A DNA stretch of 64,000 bases, taken from Albugo candida. Taxonomy: Eukaryota. The stretch lies in NCBI GenBank assembly GCA_040437565.1, contig JBDOQK010000007.1, positions 496,001 through 560,000 of the forward strand. Reading direction: 5' to 3'. The notes below the pieces were generated by a model. The model ran no database searches. It had not been told where the DNA came from and was given only the letters and a program-made list of their open reading frames with translations. Positions 48,552 through 61,091 of this stretch are shown here, piece by piece. Both the position numbers and the translations under genes were made by a program. Numbering within the stretch: position 1 is the first letter of the stretch; each line of letters starts with the position of its first letter.

Positions 48552-49723
48552 ATGGCTTTTGAACTATCCTCTTTGCGCTACGGCTCCAGCAAGAGGAATG
48601 CATTAGAAGTCATACGCACACGGCCTCGAGTAGCTTCCGAAGATCTGGTTGTACCTGGCGTCGAAACTGCCAGTCCCGTTTATTATGGAGTTGATACATT
48701 CTCTCCAACGCTGGTTGACCTTTACACAGCAGATGAAAAGCGCATTGTGTGGTCATCTCGGGCACATCGGAAAATGATGACAACGCTGTTCAGAGCATGG
48801 CATGGTAAACAGTGGAAATGGTACTCTTTGAGCTTCTGGAGCGGGTTATGCTCTATTTGCGGCAATTCTCTCTTGCTTGCTGGTTGTATTGCGGAAATCA
48901 CGTCCCATGCATCTTCGATATCGACAAACGAAATGCATAGGAAAGTGGATCAACCGCTGTTCTATGGAATGGTTTTTTATCTGTTGGCTTATATTCTCAA
49001 TTATTTTGAAGTGATCAATAGCTGCCATAATCTCGAGGTATTCAAAATTGCTCTATTTCTCGTCATTTGGTCTCTTATTTTGTGAGGACAGATTTGGTTG
49101 GAAGAATACTTTCACGGATGTGAGCCCATGCTACAGAGGCGATATTTTGGAATTTTTCCATATCGAATTGATTTCTGGATCCAAGTCTTGGGTTTATTAG
49201 CGTCGGGTTTTTTTATTCTGACTCGGGTTGTCGTTTCAAAATTCATCGATGAGACTGACAATTATGGTGTTGCCAACGTTAAGCGCGCTAATGTATCTCT
49301 CATAGTTGGATATTGGCTCCCATATTTCATTGGGTCTTTCATATTATTATTATCGGCATGTCTGGCCCACGTCGAAGTAATGCATCAGTGGTTTTCGTGG
49401 AGGCTACCGAGTTTAGAAAGCTGGGTAACAGGTAAGGAAATCAAAACTCAACTACGTAGCGGCTGACGAGTGATTTTGCTTTGAAAGGTGCGGATATGAT
49501 GGGGGCGTTAGGAATTTTTATTTCTTCTTGCATGCAGTTTGTCGATCCCATGTCTCTGATATGTGGCTTCACCGCGTGTATTCTACCTTTTATGTTTGGA
49601 TGTCTTTTTAGATTGAGCTCTAGTATACTCAGTATTTTGGAATTAGAGGTCATGCACAAGCGGCATAAGCATCCCGAATACGCCGTACTCCAGAACCCAA
49701 TTGGATATGGAACAGGATTGTAA
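48552..49723 (+). CDS. Integral membrane protein of unknown function (3 exons)
   Basis: Three adjacent ORFs with hydrophobic helices separated by short GT-AG introns; repeated W..W...S..W motif. Confidence 0.7.
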
Positions 49724-49917
49724 ATCACCGATTAAATCTGACAGCCGGAACCTCAGAGTCATCTGTCGTGTCTTCTCTCCCTCTACTTCTCAAAGACATA
49801 CAAGAGAATGGGCAATTGTGCGAATTACATAAATATAACACCTGCTCTCAATGTATCACATCGTATTAATTTGTATATCTACTGCTTGAACGATCCTAAA
49901 CAAATCGGAACTTAGTG

Positions 49918-51506
49918 TTAGACTGCTTGTTGTTTAGTAGCGAAAGGTTTAGAATTCTTGCACAATCGACCTTCGCCAAGGTTGACAGGGATATGCCAGC
50001 AATAATTTCTCGAGTGCCCACCTATTTTGATTTCTTCCAATTGTGTACTAAACACCCAGCGATCGTCAAACGTGACAAACTGCACGGTCAGCCACTCTTC
50101 AGAGAAGTACAACTCAAAGAAACCATACGGATTTCCAGGAGCGATCCATTTGTTTACTATCAACCTTTCGGCATTGGCTGGAGGTTTCCCGGATGTCTCA
50201 CTTTGTATACCACCCCCACCACCATTCTCGATAAAGTTGGTGCCCCAATTGCTAACGTCATGATTGAAACCATGTGTATGACCATTCAACCAAAGATGCA
50301 CATTACCGGCTTTCGTTACACCATACCAAGTTTTCATGTTCTCTTCACTCATATGGAAATGGGGAGAGTAGTGGGAATTGACAACTTTCCAGGTTGCATT
50401 TGACCGAGATAAATCTTTTTGGATTTCTCGTAACGAAATATCCCACCATTGCGTGATGATTGTAGCACAAGCATCGTATAGCTCTGTACTTCCTCCCGCA
50501 CAAAGCTTTGACCCGCGTGTTTGGGCACTACACGATTTCTCAAGTGCCTTTTGTTTGTCTTCTGCTGATTCCACATTTCTCACATACCCATAACACTGAC
50601 AGCAAATCTGTCTCAAACCGTGAGAATCCGCTTTATTCGTATCGATATTGTATATCTCAACCGAGACTCCACCTTTTTCGAATCTTTCAACATAATAGTG
50701 ATCTCGCAGTTGCCAGCGATTATTATTGGGGCTCTTATACGTTTGTTGTAATGAGAATTTAAGGTTCAAATATTTTTTTAATTCCTCCACACTTTCGCAT
50801 TCGCGAAAGCTGTAATCCTCGTCACCACAAATAAATTCTGATCCCCCCAGATCATGGTTACCGATCACACTAATCCATGGAATGTCCCGCAAGGATGGTT
50901 GGTTATAAATTGACTCGTACGTGTTCTCCATTCTATTTTGAACGTCTTTAGGTCCAACTCCGTTCCAGTAGGCATTGTCCCTTTTATTAAAAAAGGATAT
51001 CAGATCAAAAACATTAAACTTGTTTCATTTGCTTACCCGTGATTGATTATTCGAACAGGTTTGAGCTCGGTGGCTACCTGTGATAAAATCTCGGCTACAT
51101 TTATCTGAGCCCAATAATCTGTCTTGTACTCGATTGAGTCTTCTGTGGTTTTGCGATATTTGCTGCAACAAGATCCTGGTTTATATGTGGTGGCACCCCA
51201 ATCACCAATGGCTAGCATAGTAAATGCAGAACGAGCTTCAAATAAAGTTAGCAGGAGAACAAGCGTTTTGTACATTGTCAATGTCAAACCTGTATCCGGA
51301 ATAGATTTAGGCTGTTTCGATAGTTTTGGGGAAGACTTGTCGGGTTTTTCCAGCAGATCGGCTTCCGATACGTGGTCTGATGGTGCGATACGATCGGTTG
51401 TTTTAGTCGAATCGTCATCATTTCTCACTACCACTGCAATGATTGTAATAATAATGGCAGCCGCAATAGTAATCCCAATAACAAGCAATAGTTTTCTTGT
51501 ATACAT
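49918..51506 (-). CDS. Calcineurin-like metallophosphoesterase (purple/tartrate-resistant acid phosphatase type) with N-terminal anchor
   Basis: GDWG, HG-DN, GNHD and GHTH motifs; N-terminal hydrophobic helix; two short introns. Confidence 0.9.
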
Positions 51507-51840
51507 AAGTATCGTTGTATCTCCGGTGGAGTAAAATTCAAACTGATTGTATTCTTTCAAAATCGGGAAATAATATCGAGAAAGTGAATACACCAAACGT
51601 GCGTGCAGCAGAGCAAGTGACTAAAATCCTGATGCAGTTCTCTCCAAGTAAATGGCTCATTTGTGTCAGTGAATCGCCTTTCTGCGACATGCGAAGAGTT
51701 TCATATTCTAGTAACCGTGAAATCACTTTTGGGACGTCATAAACCAAGCCGTTGACCATTGCAGACTTTTCCAATACGGACAAATGTCACCGTTCGAGGC
51801 GCAGTAGTTGGAACTGACTTGATACGAAGCGAATTATTTG

Positions 51841-51904
51841 TTTGATTGGTTAGAAAGCTCAATCGAGCCAATCAAATGAGTTTTCAGACTTTTTGTGGCG
51901 GGAA
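51841..51904. promoter_or_regulatory. Putative MCM6 promoter: inverted CCAAT pair and E2F-like site
   Basis: TTTGATTGG (51841-51849) and CCAATCAAA (51868-51876) are perfect inverted copies; TGGCGGGAA at 51896-51904. Confidence 0.4.
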
Positions 51905-51906
51905 GT

Positions 51907-54724
51907 ATGAATGATAACGTGAATGTCCCATCTAGGGATGCTCACGGTTCCGCGAATGGTAACGAACGTGAGGAGAATCAACCACATCAACGGAATGTTA
52001 TGGATCAACCAGAATTATTGGTTGATACGACCGCGCAAACTGTTAAAGCTCGATTTCTACAATTTCTTTGCGGATATGGTCAAGAAGCTGTACCTACACA
52101 GAACGGAGTGCATACAGACAATTGCGATACCGAAGAACTCCTTACAAGCACGATAAATTACACGCAACAAGCTGAAGTGATGCGAAATAGCGAAACATCT
52201 TCTCTTTTTGTCGATTTCTCTCACGTTTTGGAATATGATTCCGATCTAGCGCAAGCCATTCACGCTCAATACTACCGCTGGGATCCTTATCTTCGTCGTG
52301 CTGTATTTGAATTCATCCGAATGGAGGATGCGGCGTACACTATCAGTGAAGACGCAAATAAGTCCCAGCGGGAATTTTTTGTCTGCTTTTACAACTTTCA
52401 ACATGTTTCTCAGTGAGTTTACTGATCTCAGCAATGATTTTCTCTAATTTTTCCCCTGTGATAGTATACGTGATTTGAGAATGCGCAATGTTGGCGAATT
52501 GGTTTCTTTCTCGGGCACAGTCACTCGGACGACCGAAGTTCGTCCTGAATTGCTGTATGCCGCTTTCACGTGCAAAGAATGTGGAGGTGATACATCTGGT
52601 GTGGAGCAGCAGTTTAAATACACTGAACCTGTGAAGTGCCAAAATCCGTTTTGCCCCAACACATCGGAGTGGGAACTGAATACGGAAAAATCAATATTTG
52701 TGGATTGGCAAAGAGTAAAAGTACAAGAAAATAGTGATGAGATTCCAGCCGGGAGTATGCCCCGCTCCATAGATGTTATATTGCGTCACGAAAACGTTGA
52801 ACAGGCAAAAGCAGGTGATCGTGTTGTATTTACAGGAAGTTTGATTGTGGTTCCTGATGTTTCAAAGTTCTCTAAAGTTGGTGGAGATATCGCAGTGGCA
52901 GGTAGATCTCAAGGTACAGCAAATAGCACACGTGGGATGGAAGGAGAGGGTGTACGAGGTCTTAAAGCCTTGGGTGTGCGTGAACTCACTTATAAAACGT
53001 GCTTTTTGGCATGCTCTGTACAAACAATGGAACAACGATTTAATAGTATTTCTATTCGTAACGAAGACGGAGATGAAGATGGCTTTGATCCAGCGACTGA
53101 TTTCACAGAAGATGAACTGAATATCATTCGACAAATCAAGGAAGATCCCGATCATTATGTGAAAATGGCGAAATCACTTTGTCCGTCAGTGTACGGGCAC
53201 GATGAAATTCGAAAAGGAATCCTACTTATGCTGTTTGGTGGGGTACACAAAACAACGATTGAAGGTATTAATCTTCGTGGCGATATAAACATTTGCATTG
53301 TTGGCGATCCTTCTACAGCGAAATCTCAATTTCTCAAATATATTTGTACGTTTCTACCTCGTGCAATCTACACATCTGGGAAAGTTAGCACTGCGGCAGG
53401 ATTAACGGCATCGGTCACACGAGATGCAGATAGTGGCGAATATTGTGTGGAAGCAGGGGCTCTCATGTTGGCCGATAATGGCATTTGTTGCATTGATGAG
53501 TTTGATAAAATGGACACTATGGATCAAGTTGCTATCCATGAAGCTATGGAACAACAAACGATCTCTATCACAAAAGCTGGCATCCAAGCGACTCTGAATG
53601 CTCGTACATCAATCCTGGCAGCCGCCAATCCGTACAATGGGCGGTACGATAAGACTAAAACTCTTAAATATAATGTCAATATTTCGGCTCCGATCATGTC
53701 TCGTTTTGATTTATTTTTCGTCGTCTTGGATGATTGCGAAGAAACCATCGATCAACGCGTTGCCCAACACATTGTGGATACTCATATGCCTGCAGATTTG
53801 CGAAGACGGAACACAAGTACTACGGCTTACAGCGAAGGCGATTTGAAGCGTTATATCAAATATGCTAGAACACTGAATCCATTGATCACCGAGGAGACCA
53901 AGCAGATGATGATAGCTTGTTATCGCAGTCTTCGTGAAAACGATGTCGTCAGCAATGGACAATCCAATATTGCTTATCGCATAACGGTTCGACAACTTGA
54001 GTCCATGATTCGATTATCCGAGGCCTTGGCACGTATGAATCTGAGTGAAATTGTGACGGTCGACCATGTCGAAGAAGCTTACCGCCTCTTAAGCAAATCG
54101 ATCATTCATGTCGATACACGAAATGTAAAGCTCAGTGTCCCAAGACCAGCCAACAGTAACAATGGAGATGATGATATGGATGAAAATGGACCATCCGAAC
54201 AGCAATCCATTAATAAACCATCAGCTGTATCGGATCAGCTGGATCCGGGTCCGATTACTGCACAAGTTGCACAACCAACTCAATCACAACAAGACGGAAA
54301 TGAGCTCTCTATATCGTTTGAGAGGTATGCAACTATACAAAAAGCAATCGGTAGATATTTACGTGAGAAGGAAGAGGAAGCATTGGTTGCTGGTTTTACC
54401 AAGCGTTCTCTCAAAACAAGCGGTCAAAGCATTGGTATCGAAGAAGATGGAATGAGTGATGATGAAGCAAAAGACCTTGAAGTAGGTGTGCTGCAAGGAG
54501 AACTAGTAACGTGGTATTTGGCTTCACAAGATATCACATCAGAGTCGCAATTATCTCGTGAGAAAGATATGATCATGTCTGTCATCGACAAACTCATAGA
54601 GGACAAGCTTCTTGTATTGACCCAGCTCGATGATGAAGGAATGAGTGGTCAGCAGTCAATCGAAAGTGATGAGGAGAAGAAGCAGCAGCGATATTTGACA
54701 GTTCATCCAAATCTTGCTCTCTAA
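51907..54724 (+). CDS. MCM6: DNA replication licensing factor MCM6
   Basis: TVTRTTEVRPEL, EIPAGSMPRS, ALGVRELTY, GDPSTAKSQFL, IDEFDKM, SRFDL, ITVRQLES; intron 52413-52464. Confidence 0.97.
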
Positions 54725-55025
54725 CCATATTATAAGCAGGCTAGAGATCCCCAGTAATAAGCGACACTAATCGTCATGTGAACCGATATGCAGAGAGTTG
54801 TACTCCATCACTCGGGCTTTCACTTAAAGTAGACTTCTTGTAAAGTCTTACAACCCTCGATCGTTTCTACATGTTTCAACCTTGAACATGCATTTTCAAA
54901 GCTACCCGCGACTAATCAAGCGCGATACTATCGAGGCTCATCGGGTCGCTCTAATATTAGAATTGTATACAAGATTAGCATTACTTGAGATGCATTACTC
55001 TCTCAGCTGAAAGTCCGTAATTGAA

Positions 55026-55631
55026 ATGGATATACAAAACGAGGACGACTACGTTGAAGAAGCTGACAATTCATACGAAGATGATTACGAGTCAGAAAGC
55101 CAATTAGAACAGAAACCGGACGGCGAGTTTAGTATTGCTGGTTTGACGTTGAATCAGTATCTACATGTCGCTCACGATGGTGTGAGCATCCGTTTCACTG
55201 AAAGGCATTGCGAAAAAAACTCGCAGTCTTACAAGAAAGTGTATAAGAAAAATTTGGGTGTTGGGGTGAACGATCACCATCCAGTATCAACACAGGTAAG
55301 ACAGAAGTTTGCGACGAATAAAGATGTATACCCGTCTCTATTACAAGTCGTCAAGAAAAGCACTAAGAAGAGTAGAGTGAATGCTCGGGCGTTCCCACAA
55401 AATGAGGTCGCGGTATGGAAGCATCCGTCGATTCTTGCACCGAAGGGACATCGATGTAAGGCTCTTGAACGCAGGAGTCAGACGAATAGCAATAGAGGAA
55501 ACGGTGCAGAGCTTGTGGCGCGTACTGTTGAGATAGCGGAAAATACATTTCCGAAATTGGCATATTCCCCTTCCATGCAATCGGTACTCAATCCGGGGAT
55601 TGAGTATGCTAGTAAACTCCCCCTACTGTGA
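55026..55631 (+). CDS. Hypothetical protein (acidic N-terminus, basic middle)
   Basis: 201-aa ATG-initiated ORF; no recognised motif. Confidence 0.55.
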   Translation: MDIQNEDDYVEEADNSYEDDYESESQLEQKPDGEFSIAGLTLNQYLHVAHDGVSIRFTERHCEKNSQSYKKVYKKNLGVGVNDHHPVSTQVRQKFATNKDVYPSLLQVVKKSTKKSRVNARAFPQNEVAVWKHPSILAPKGHRCKALERRSQTNSNRGNGAELVARTVEIAENTFPKLAYSPSMQSVLNPGIEYASKLPLL

Positions 55632-56102
55632 ACAGCATACAGAATTTTGATTATCCTACATAGATCAGTGCAATAAATTCCATCTTCGTCTTTCTATGGT
55701 GATCCGCGTAGTACCAGCCCAGAGCGTTCGGTCATGATATTTGTGTAGTCGGAGAACTTTTGGCGGAACCTGCTTGCAAAAGGTCAATGTAGTGGGCCTT
55801 ATGTGTCACGTCACCCGATACCCGATCAATGACTAAGAGTAAAACTTCTTTTTTGCTGGTCGTCTAGCTTAGTAAAGACATGGGTAGTAAGTAGGGTACA
55901 AAATAGCAATAATGAGCACACAATGTGCACGCAGTAGGAACATTGGTCTGTAATATAGTAGCAGGTGGATTCTCATAGGGTTGCCACGTCACGCGGACTC
56001 GTTAAATATGCACGATCAGAGTTCTTGTGCATAAGTCACTTTTTGTTTGCTGCGTTCAAGAGTAAACATAGTAAAATTGACTCGTAGACCAGCAATTTCA
56101 CA

Positions 56103-58329
56103 ATGAAAGAGGTCTCGATGCTTTCCCACTCGACAGTATTTCGAAAAATGACGCAGATCTTGCGGCTGTACAGCGTTATCAGCACAATTGCCACCTACGT
56201 ACCAAAAGCTCAATGCAACTCACCTACATCACCATTATTGCGGACGCTCTCTGAACCTCTTCAAGATTTTGGTGCGAATGCAGCAGAAACAGCTTCTCAA
56301 AGTGGAAAAGAGGTCGAGTCCTTCGTAGATATTGCGTTGGAATCCACAAACAAGACGACAGAAAGTTCAACGCAGAATGCAAATCCGGGTTGTATACAGG
56401 TGAGCGTCGAGCGATTTGCGACATATTGCATCGACGGGCCGATTTGTGTCGGACCAAAAGAAGCTCCAGGAGGAAAAAAGTGCCCTTTGAAGGGTTCCGT
56501 TGCTGTCGCCGATTGTTTTGAAGATAATAAGCAGTGTATTCTCCCCGTCGATGCACAGTGCAAGATAATAAAGACTGGAGTTTGGGGCTGCACTACAGCC
56601 ACTGGAGAGCCCAATAAAGAGCAAGTCGCTGGCGATGCAGATGCTACAAAACCAAGTGCACCATGTCCACTACCACAACCTGAATCAGGACCAGTTCCAT
56701 TGCCACAAACAGAATCAGGACCACCTTCATTGCCACAAACTGAATCAGGACCACCTCCACTTCCACAAACTGAATCAGGACCACCTCCAATGCCACAAAC
56801 CGAATCAGGACCAGCTCCACTACCGCAACCTGGAGCAGGACCGCCATGTCCACTACCACAACCTGGAGCAGGACCTGAATCAGGATCAGTTCCATTGCCA
56901 CAAACAGAATCAGGACCACCTTCATTGCCACAAACCGAATCAGGACCACCTCCATTTCCACAAACTGAATCAGGACCACCTCCATTGCCACAAACCGAAT
57001 CAGGACCAGCTCCACTACCGCAACCTGGAGCAGGACCTGAATCAGGATCAGTTCCATTGCCACAAACTGAATCAGGACCACCTTCGTTGCCACAAACAGA
57101 ATCAGGACCAGCTCCACTACCGCAACCTGGAGCAGGACCTNNNNNNNNNNNNNNNNNNNNNNNNNNNNNNNNNNNNNNNNNNNNNNNNNNNNNNNNNNNN
57201 NNNNNNNNNNNNNNNNNNNNNNNNNNNNNNNNNNNNNNNNCAACCTGGAGCAGGACCTGAATCAGGATCAGTTCCATTGCCACAAACTGAATCAGGACCA
57301 CCTTCGTTGCCACAAACAGAATCAGGACCAGCTCCACTACCGCAACCTGGAGCAGGACCTCCATGTCCACTACCACAACCTGGAGCAGGGCCGCCATGTC
57401 CACTGCCACAACCAAATATTATCTCCACGCCTCCAGGCTCACCTTCTACATACCAACCGCCTCCAGAATCCCAAATATTTCCACCTCCAGTCATTCTATC
57501 GCCTCCCCCTCCTCCTTCATCTCCTCCACCTCCACCCACCCCAGCTGTTCCACCTCCGACTCCACCTGTCGAAACGCCTCCACCGATCGAATCTCAACCA
57601 CCTCCACCTACCGGATCGCAACCACCTCCGTGCCCAGAATTGCCGAAACCATCAACACCGAAGGGTGAGCAGGAAGAATCTGCTCCATATCCTCCTCAGA
57701 CTCCACCAAATACTGCNNNNNNNNNNNNNNNNNNNNNNNNNNNNNNNNNNNNNNNNNNNNNNNNNNNNNNNNNNNNNNNNNNNNNNNNNNNNNNNNNNNN
57801 NNNNNNNNNNNNNNNNCCTCCGACTCCACCTGTCGAAACGCCTCCACCGATCGAATCTCAACCACCTCCACCTACCGGATCGCAACCACCTCCGTGCCCA
57901 GAATTGCCGAAACCATCAACACCGAAGGGTGAGCAGGAAGAATCTGCTCCATATCCTCCTCAGACTCCACCAAATACTGCCCCTTGTCCAACACTTCCAA
58001 TACCAAAAGATACTCCACCGACTCCGTGTCCCGAATTACCGAAACCACCATGTCCACTTCCTGGATGGAACGACAATGGTAAAGACAAGGAAAAAACGCC
58101 TCAAGTGGAGGAACCCGATGAAGCCTTTTCGAACGATGAGAAGAAAGAAGAGAAGAAAGCCTTGCCACCCAATAGCGCAAAATCTTTATTAGTGGACGAA
58201 AAGGGGAACTCTGCGCATGTTTCAGTCAAAACAAAGCAATCAAGCAGTAGTAGAATCGCGCTATCGTTCATGGGGACAACTACAGCTATCGTCGCATTTA
58301 CTGTTCTGAGTCTCGCTTGGCAAATATAG
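56103..58329 (+). CDS. Secreted Pro-rich mucin/extensin-like surface protein with an oomycete Cys-rich domain and probable GPI signal
   Basis: N-terminal hydrophobic segment; CIQVSVE..ATYCI.GPIC...CP.KG.VAVADC...GVWGC domain; 10-aa PQTESGPPPL repeats; C-terminal hydrophobic tail; single frame (~580 aa) once gap duplications are removed. Confidence 0.85.
56665..57415 (+). repeat. 30-bp coding tandem repeat array
   Basis: Units of CCACAAACWGAATCAGGACCACCTYCAYTG and CCRCAACCTGGAGCAGGA variants. Confidence 0.9.
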
Positions 58330-59886
58330 AGAAGCAGTAGAAAAATTAAGGTCAAAGGCTTTCATTACTTGCACGTTAAAACCCTTCTTCATTAGATACA
58401 TCTTTCCGACCCATAAACCTGACTAAACTTCAATTGGAAGCTCTTTGCGGCTCGCCCATTCTGACCAGGAGCCATCATATACCGCAATGCTAATCAAATT
58501 CTGTTATACGACATCGTATCGGCACTTGTTGTGTACTCTACTTACTCAGTCAAGGGCTTTCCAAGAAGGTGTAAGCCAAATAAAAGAACTCCTGCAGAGA
58601 TGCCCGAGCCGCACCTTGAAACCGTGACACGTGTCGGATGATTGCTGAGTAACTAACGGGGACATCATTACTTACGTGGTTATGATGGGCGTATTGCGTT
58701 GTAAATCCACACCTTACTCACCACTGATTACATACAAGACAGATGAAGACGATGAAGGGAGGCTTACCTGCTTCTGTAAAGGCTTTGCGTATACTCGAAA
58801 GCTCACGATATTGCTATACAACGTGAGCTTAAAGAATGCGCTTAGTCACGCAGCTCAAAATCTTACCGAAAAATCATCTTCCAATAGCAAGTTTGTGAAA
58901 GGAACGTTAATGGATCCGGGTATATGGCCACTTCTTAGCCCTGAACGAGGCTCCTATGAGGACGAACTTTTTTAATGACATGTTGTCTTGCTTCCGGAAT
59001 ACGTACTGGTTCTTGTGCTGTAAAACGCTTTGAAGGACGCGCGTCGATGATCTCTGTGGCTGTATTAAGATTCTGCAAGATCTACTGCGTCCTTTAGTAT
59101 GAGTTATAATCGCATCCGCTTCCAAGCTACCTCATCTGCAGTTGCGACCAGTGTTGTCCGCGGATTTGAGATATACTTTCCAGCACCTTCTTCCATCTTT
59201 TCGGATCCTTCCGTTTCCGTATTCACCGAAAATCCGTGATTTTTCCAGCCATTGATTCCTCCTACGGAAGTTAAGCACTATATGAAATACTATGTTTTCT
59301 TGTACCATTGAGAATGTGAACATCGACGTGTCCAAAGTATTTGAACATCCACCAGCATCGGGCCGGACTGAAGCAATTATGTCCACCATATACGATCACA
59401 ATATCATTTTGAGTGATCCCAAGATCTGTCATCGCGTTCTCGAAAGCTGACGCTAGAAGGAGATTTACGCGCTATACAGGCAGTGATGATCCGCTGAAAC
59501 AAAGAGACTTACGCGTGGGCAACATGTGGGGAAGCGATGACGAAGTATCCGAGATTTTGTCAATGTCGAAGAACTTCGCATTACAAATACGCTCCTTGTG
59601 GAATTCCTCCTTTGCATTACGATTTTTATGGAGATACCTGAAAAGATAAGTTAGCAGCTACTTTTGATGATTCTTCTCAAATGGTTGATGACCATGAGCT
59701 ATCCACAAAACGCACTCTGGCAGAGACAGAGGAATCCAGTAGTGCTTTGGCTCTTTGAGGGGTTATGAGCGTGCCAAGAGAGGCTGATGCTGACATCGAT
59801 CTGACGAATAGGGAGAAATACCAGAAATGCGAATTTTACTTCTTTTTTTCTATATTACTAAAAGTAGGAGAAGTTCGGTACACTAG

Positions 59887-61021
59887 CTATTTTTTAGTCT
59901 CCCGAACGCGTTTTGCATGTTTTGCCGAGTTGATATGTCCATTGTATCGCTTCTGATTTGAGAACGATGTACCACATGTCACACAATGCAGCTTATCAAG
60001 TTTGAGCTTCGTCGGGAATGTCTTTTTTAACTCCTGATTTCGTTCTTGGCTATGGAGACTTGAAGAATCAGCCTTAAATATATACGTGCTTGCTCCTATG
60101 GTAGAAGGTGCTTCACTTCGCATTGTTGATGGAGAAGTACGTTGTGGCTGATAATGAGCATACGATTCTGCTTGAAAAGGCTTCTTCCTAAGAGAGAAAA
60201 AAGTCTTGATATAAATCGCTCTGATACACCAAATGAGTACTTGCCGCTCTAATCGAAATCCACATTGTTTGGCTTGAGCAACAACATTCCAGCGATCGTA
60301 AAAGGAATTGCTTCGCATAGTGATGTAGACAAAACCTCTCTTATTCAGAAACGACCTTGAAGCCTGCAAAAAATCCTGAATCAAACGCTGATTCTTGCAA
60401 ACATCTTCATCTGTAGCACCACCAAGGTGTGGAAAGTTAAATACGACCGCATCAAAAGTCTTTGTCTTGCACTTTATCAGATCCTTGTCCAATTTTGTAG
60501 CATCAACATTGTACAATACTGTGGCCTAGCACACACACGTTTATTACTATCTCAGATCAAAATTTCCAAGATGAGTCACCCCAGCTTTTCGTATGGCTTC
60601 GACGTTTGCTAAGACTCCAGGGTATTTTTCCTTTAGCTGCGCTTCGTTATCATAGCATGTTGCGACAAGATTTTTGCCACCCTTGCCCAAAGCACATGAG
60701 AGCTTTTACAGTGAGTTTCGGGAGTAAGATTACATACGAGATGGATCGATAAAGAGAGAGCAAACGAAAAATCACCCTCACCAACCAATAGGATTAGCAT
60801 ATTGTCAGTAAATAGCCCAACTTTTCTCGGATTTGGATTCGAGAAATTGGTGAGAGAGACGATAGATTCAATCTTTTTGTGATTTCCGGGTACTAAAACG
60901 GCATTGGAGACGGCTTCTATCTTCTTCGTGCTGGGCTGCGGTACGCGGGTTCAATATCATGCAACAAGTGCGCGTCTGGCAACCTTACCTTTGACTTCAG
61001 CTTTTTGCTCCGCTGTCTCAT
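59887..61021 (-). CDS. BMT5/DUF2431-like rRNA (uridine-N3)-methyltransferase domain with C-terminal C2H2-type zinc finger
   Basis: ILLVGEGDFSFA, LVATCYD, NVDATKL, VFNFPHLGG; C-terminal CVTCGTSFSNQKRYNGHINSAKH; start position approximate. Confidence 0.82.
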
Positions 61022-61091
61022 ACTTACCATCCTGAATTTGTGTGTGGCCACGCTATATAACATGGAAGCGCTACATTTTATGGATGCTGAA

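Noticed and set aside
56297-57539. Long Gly-rich and Val-rich antisense ORFs and a His/Gln-rich alternative frame
   Set aside because: By-products of the 30-bp proline repeat; only the plus-strand Pro-rich frame has a signal peptide and a recognisable domain
57021-57980. 120-bp and 164-bp duplications in the mucin-like gene
   Set aside because: Identical sequence on both sides of 100-N gaps; most likely contig overlaps, though extra units cannot be excluded
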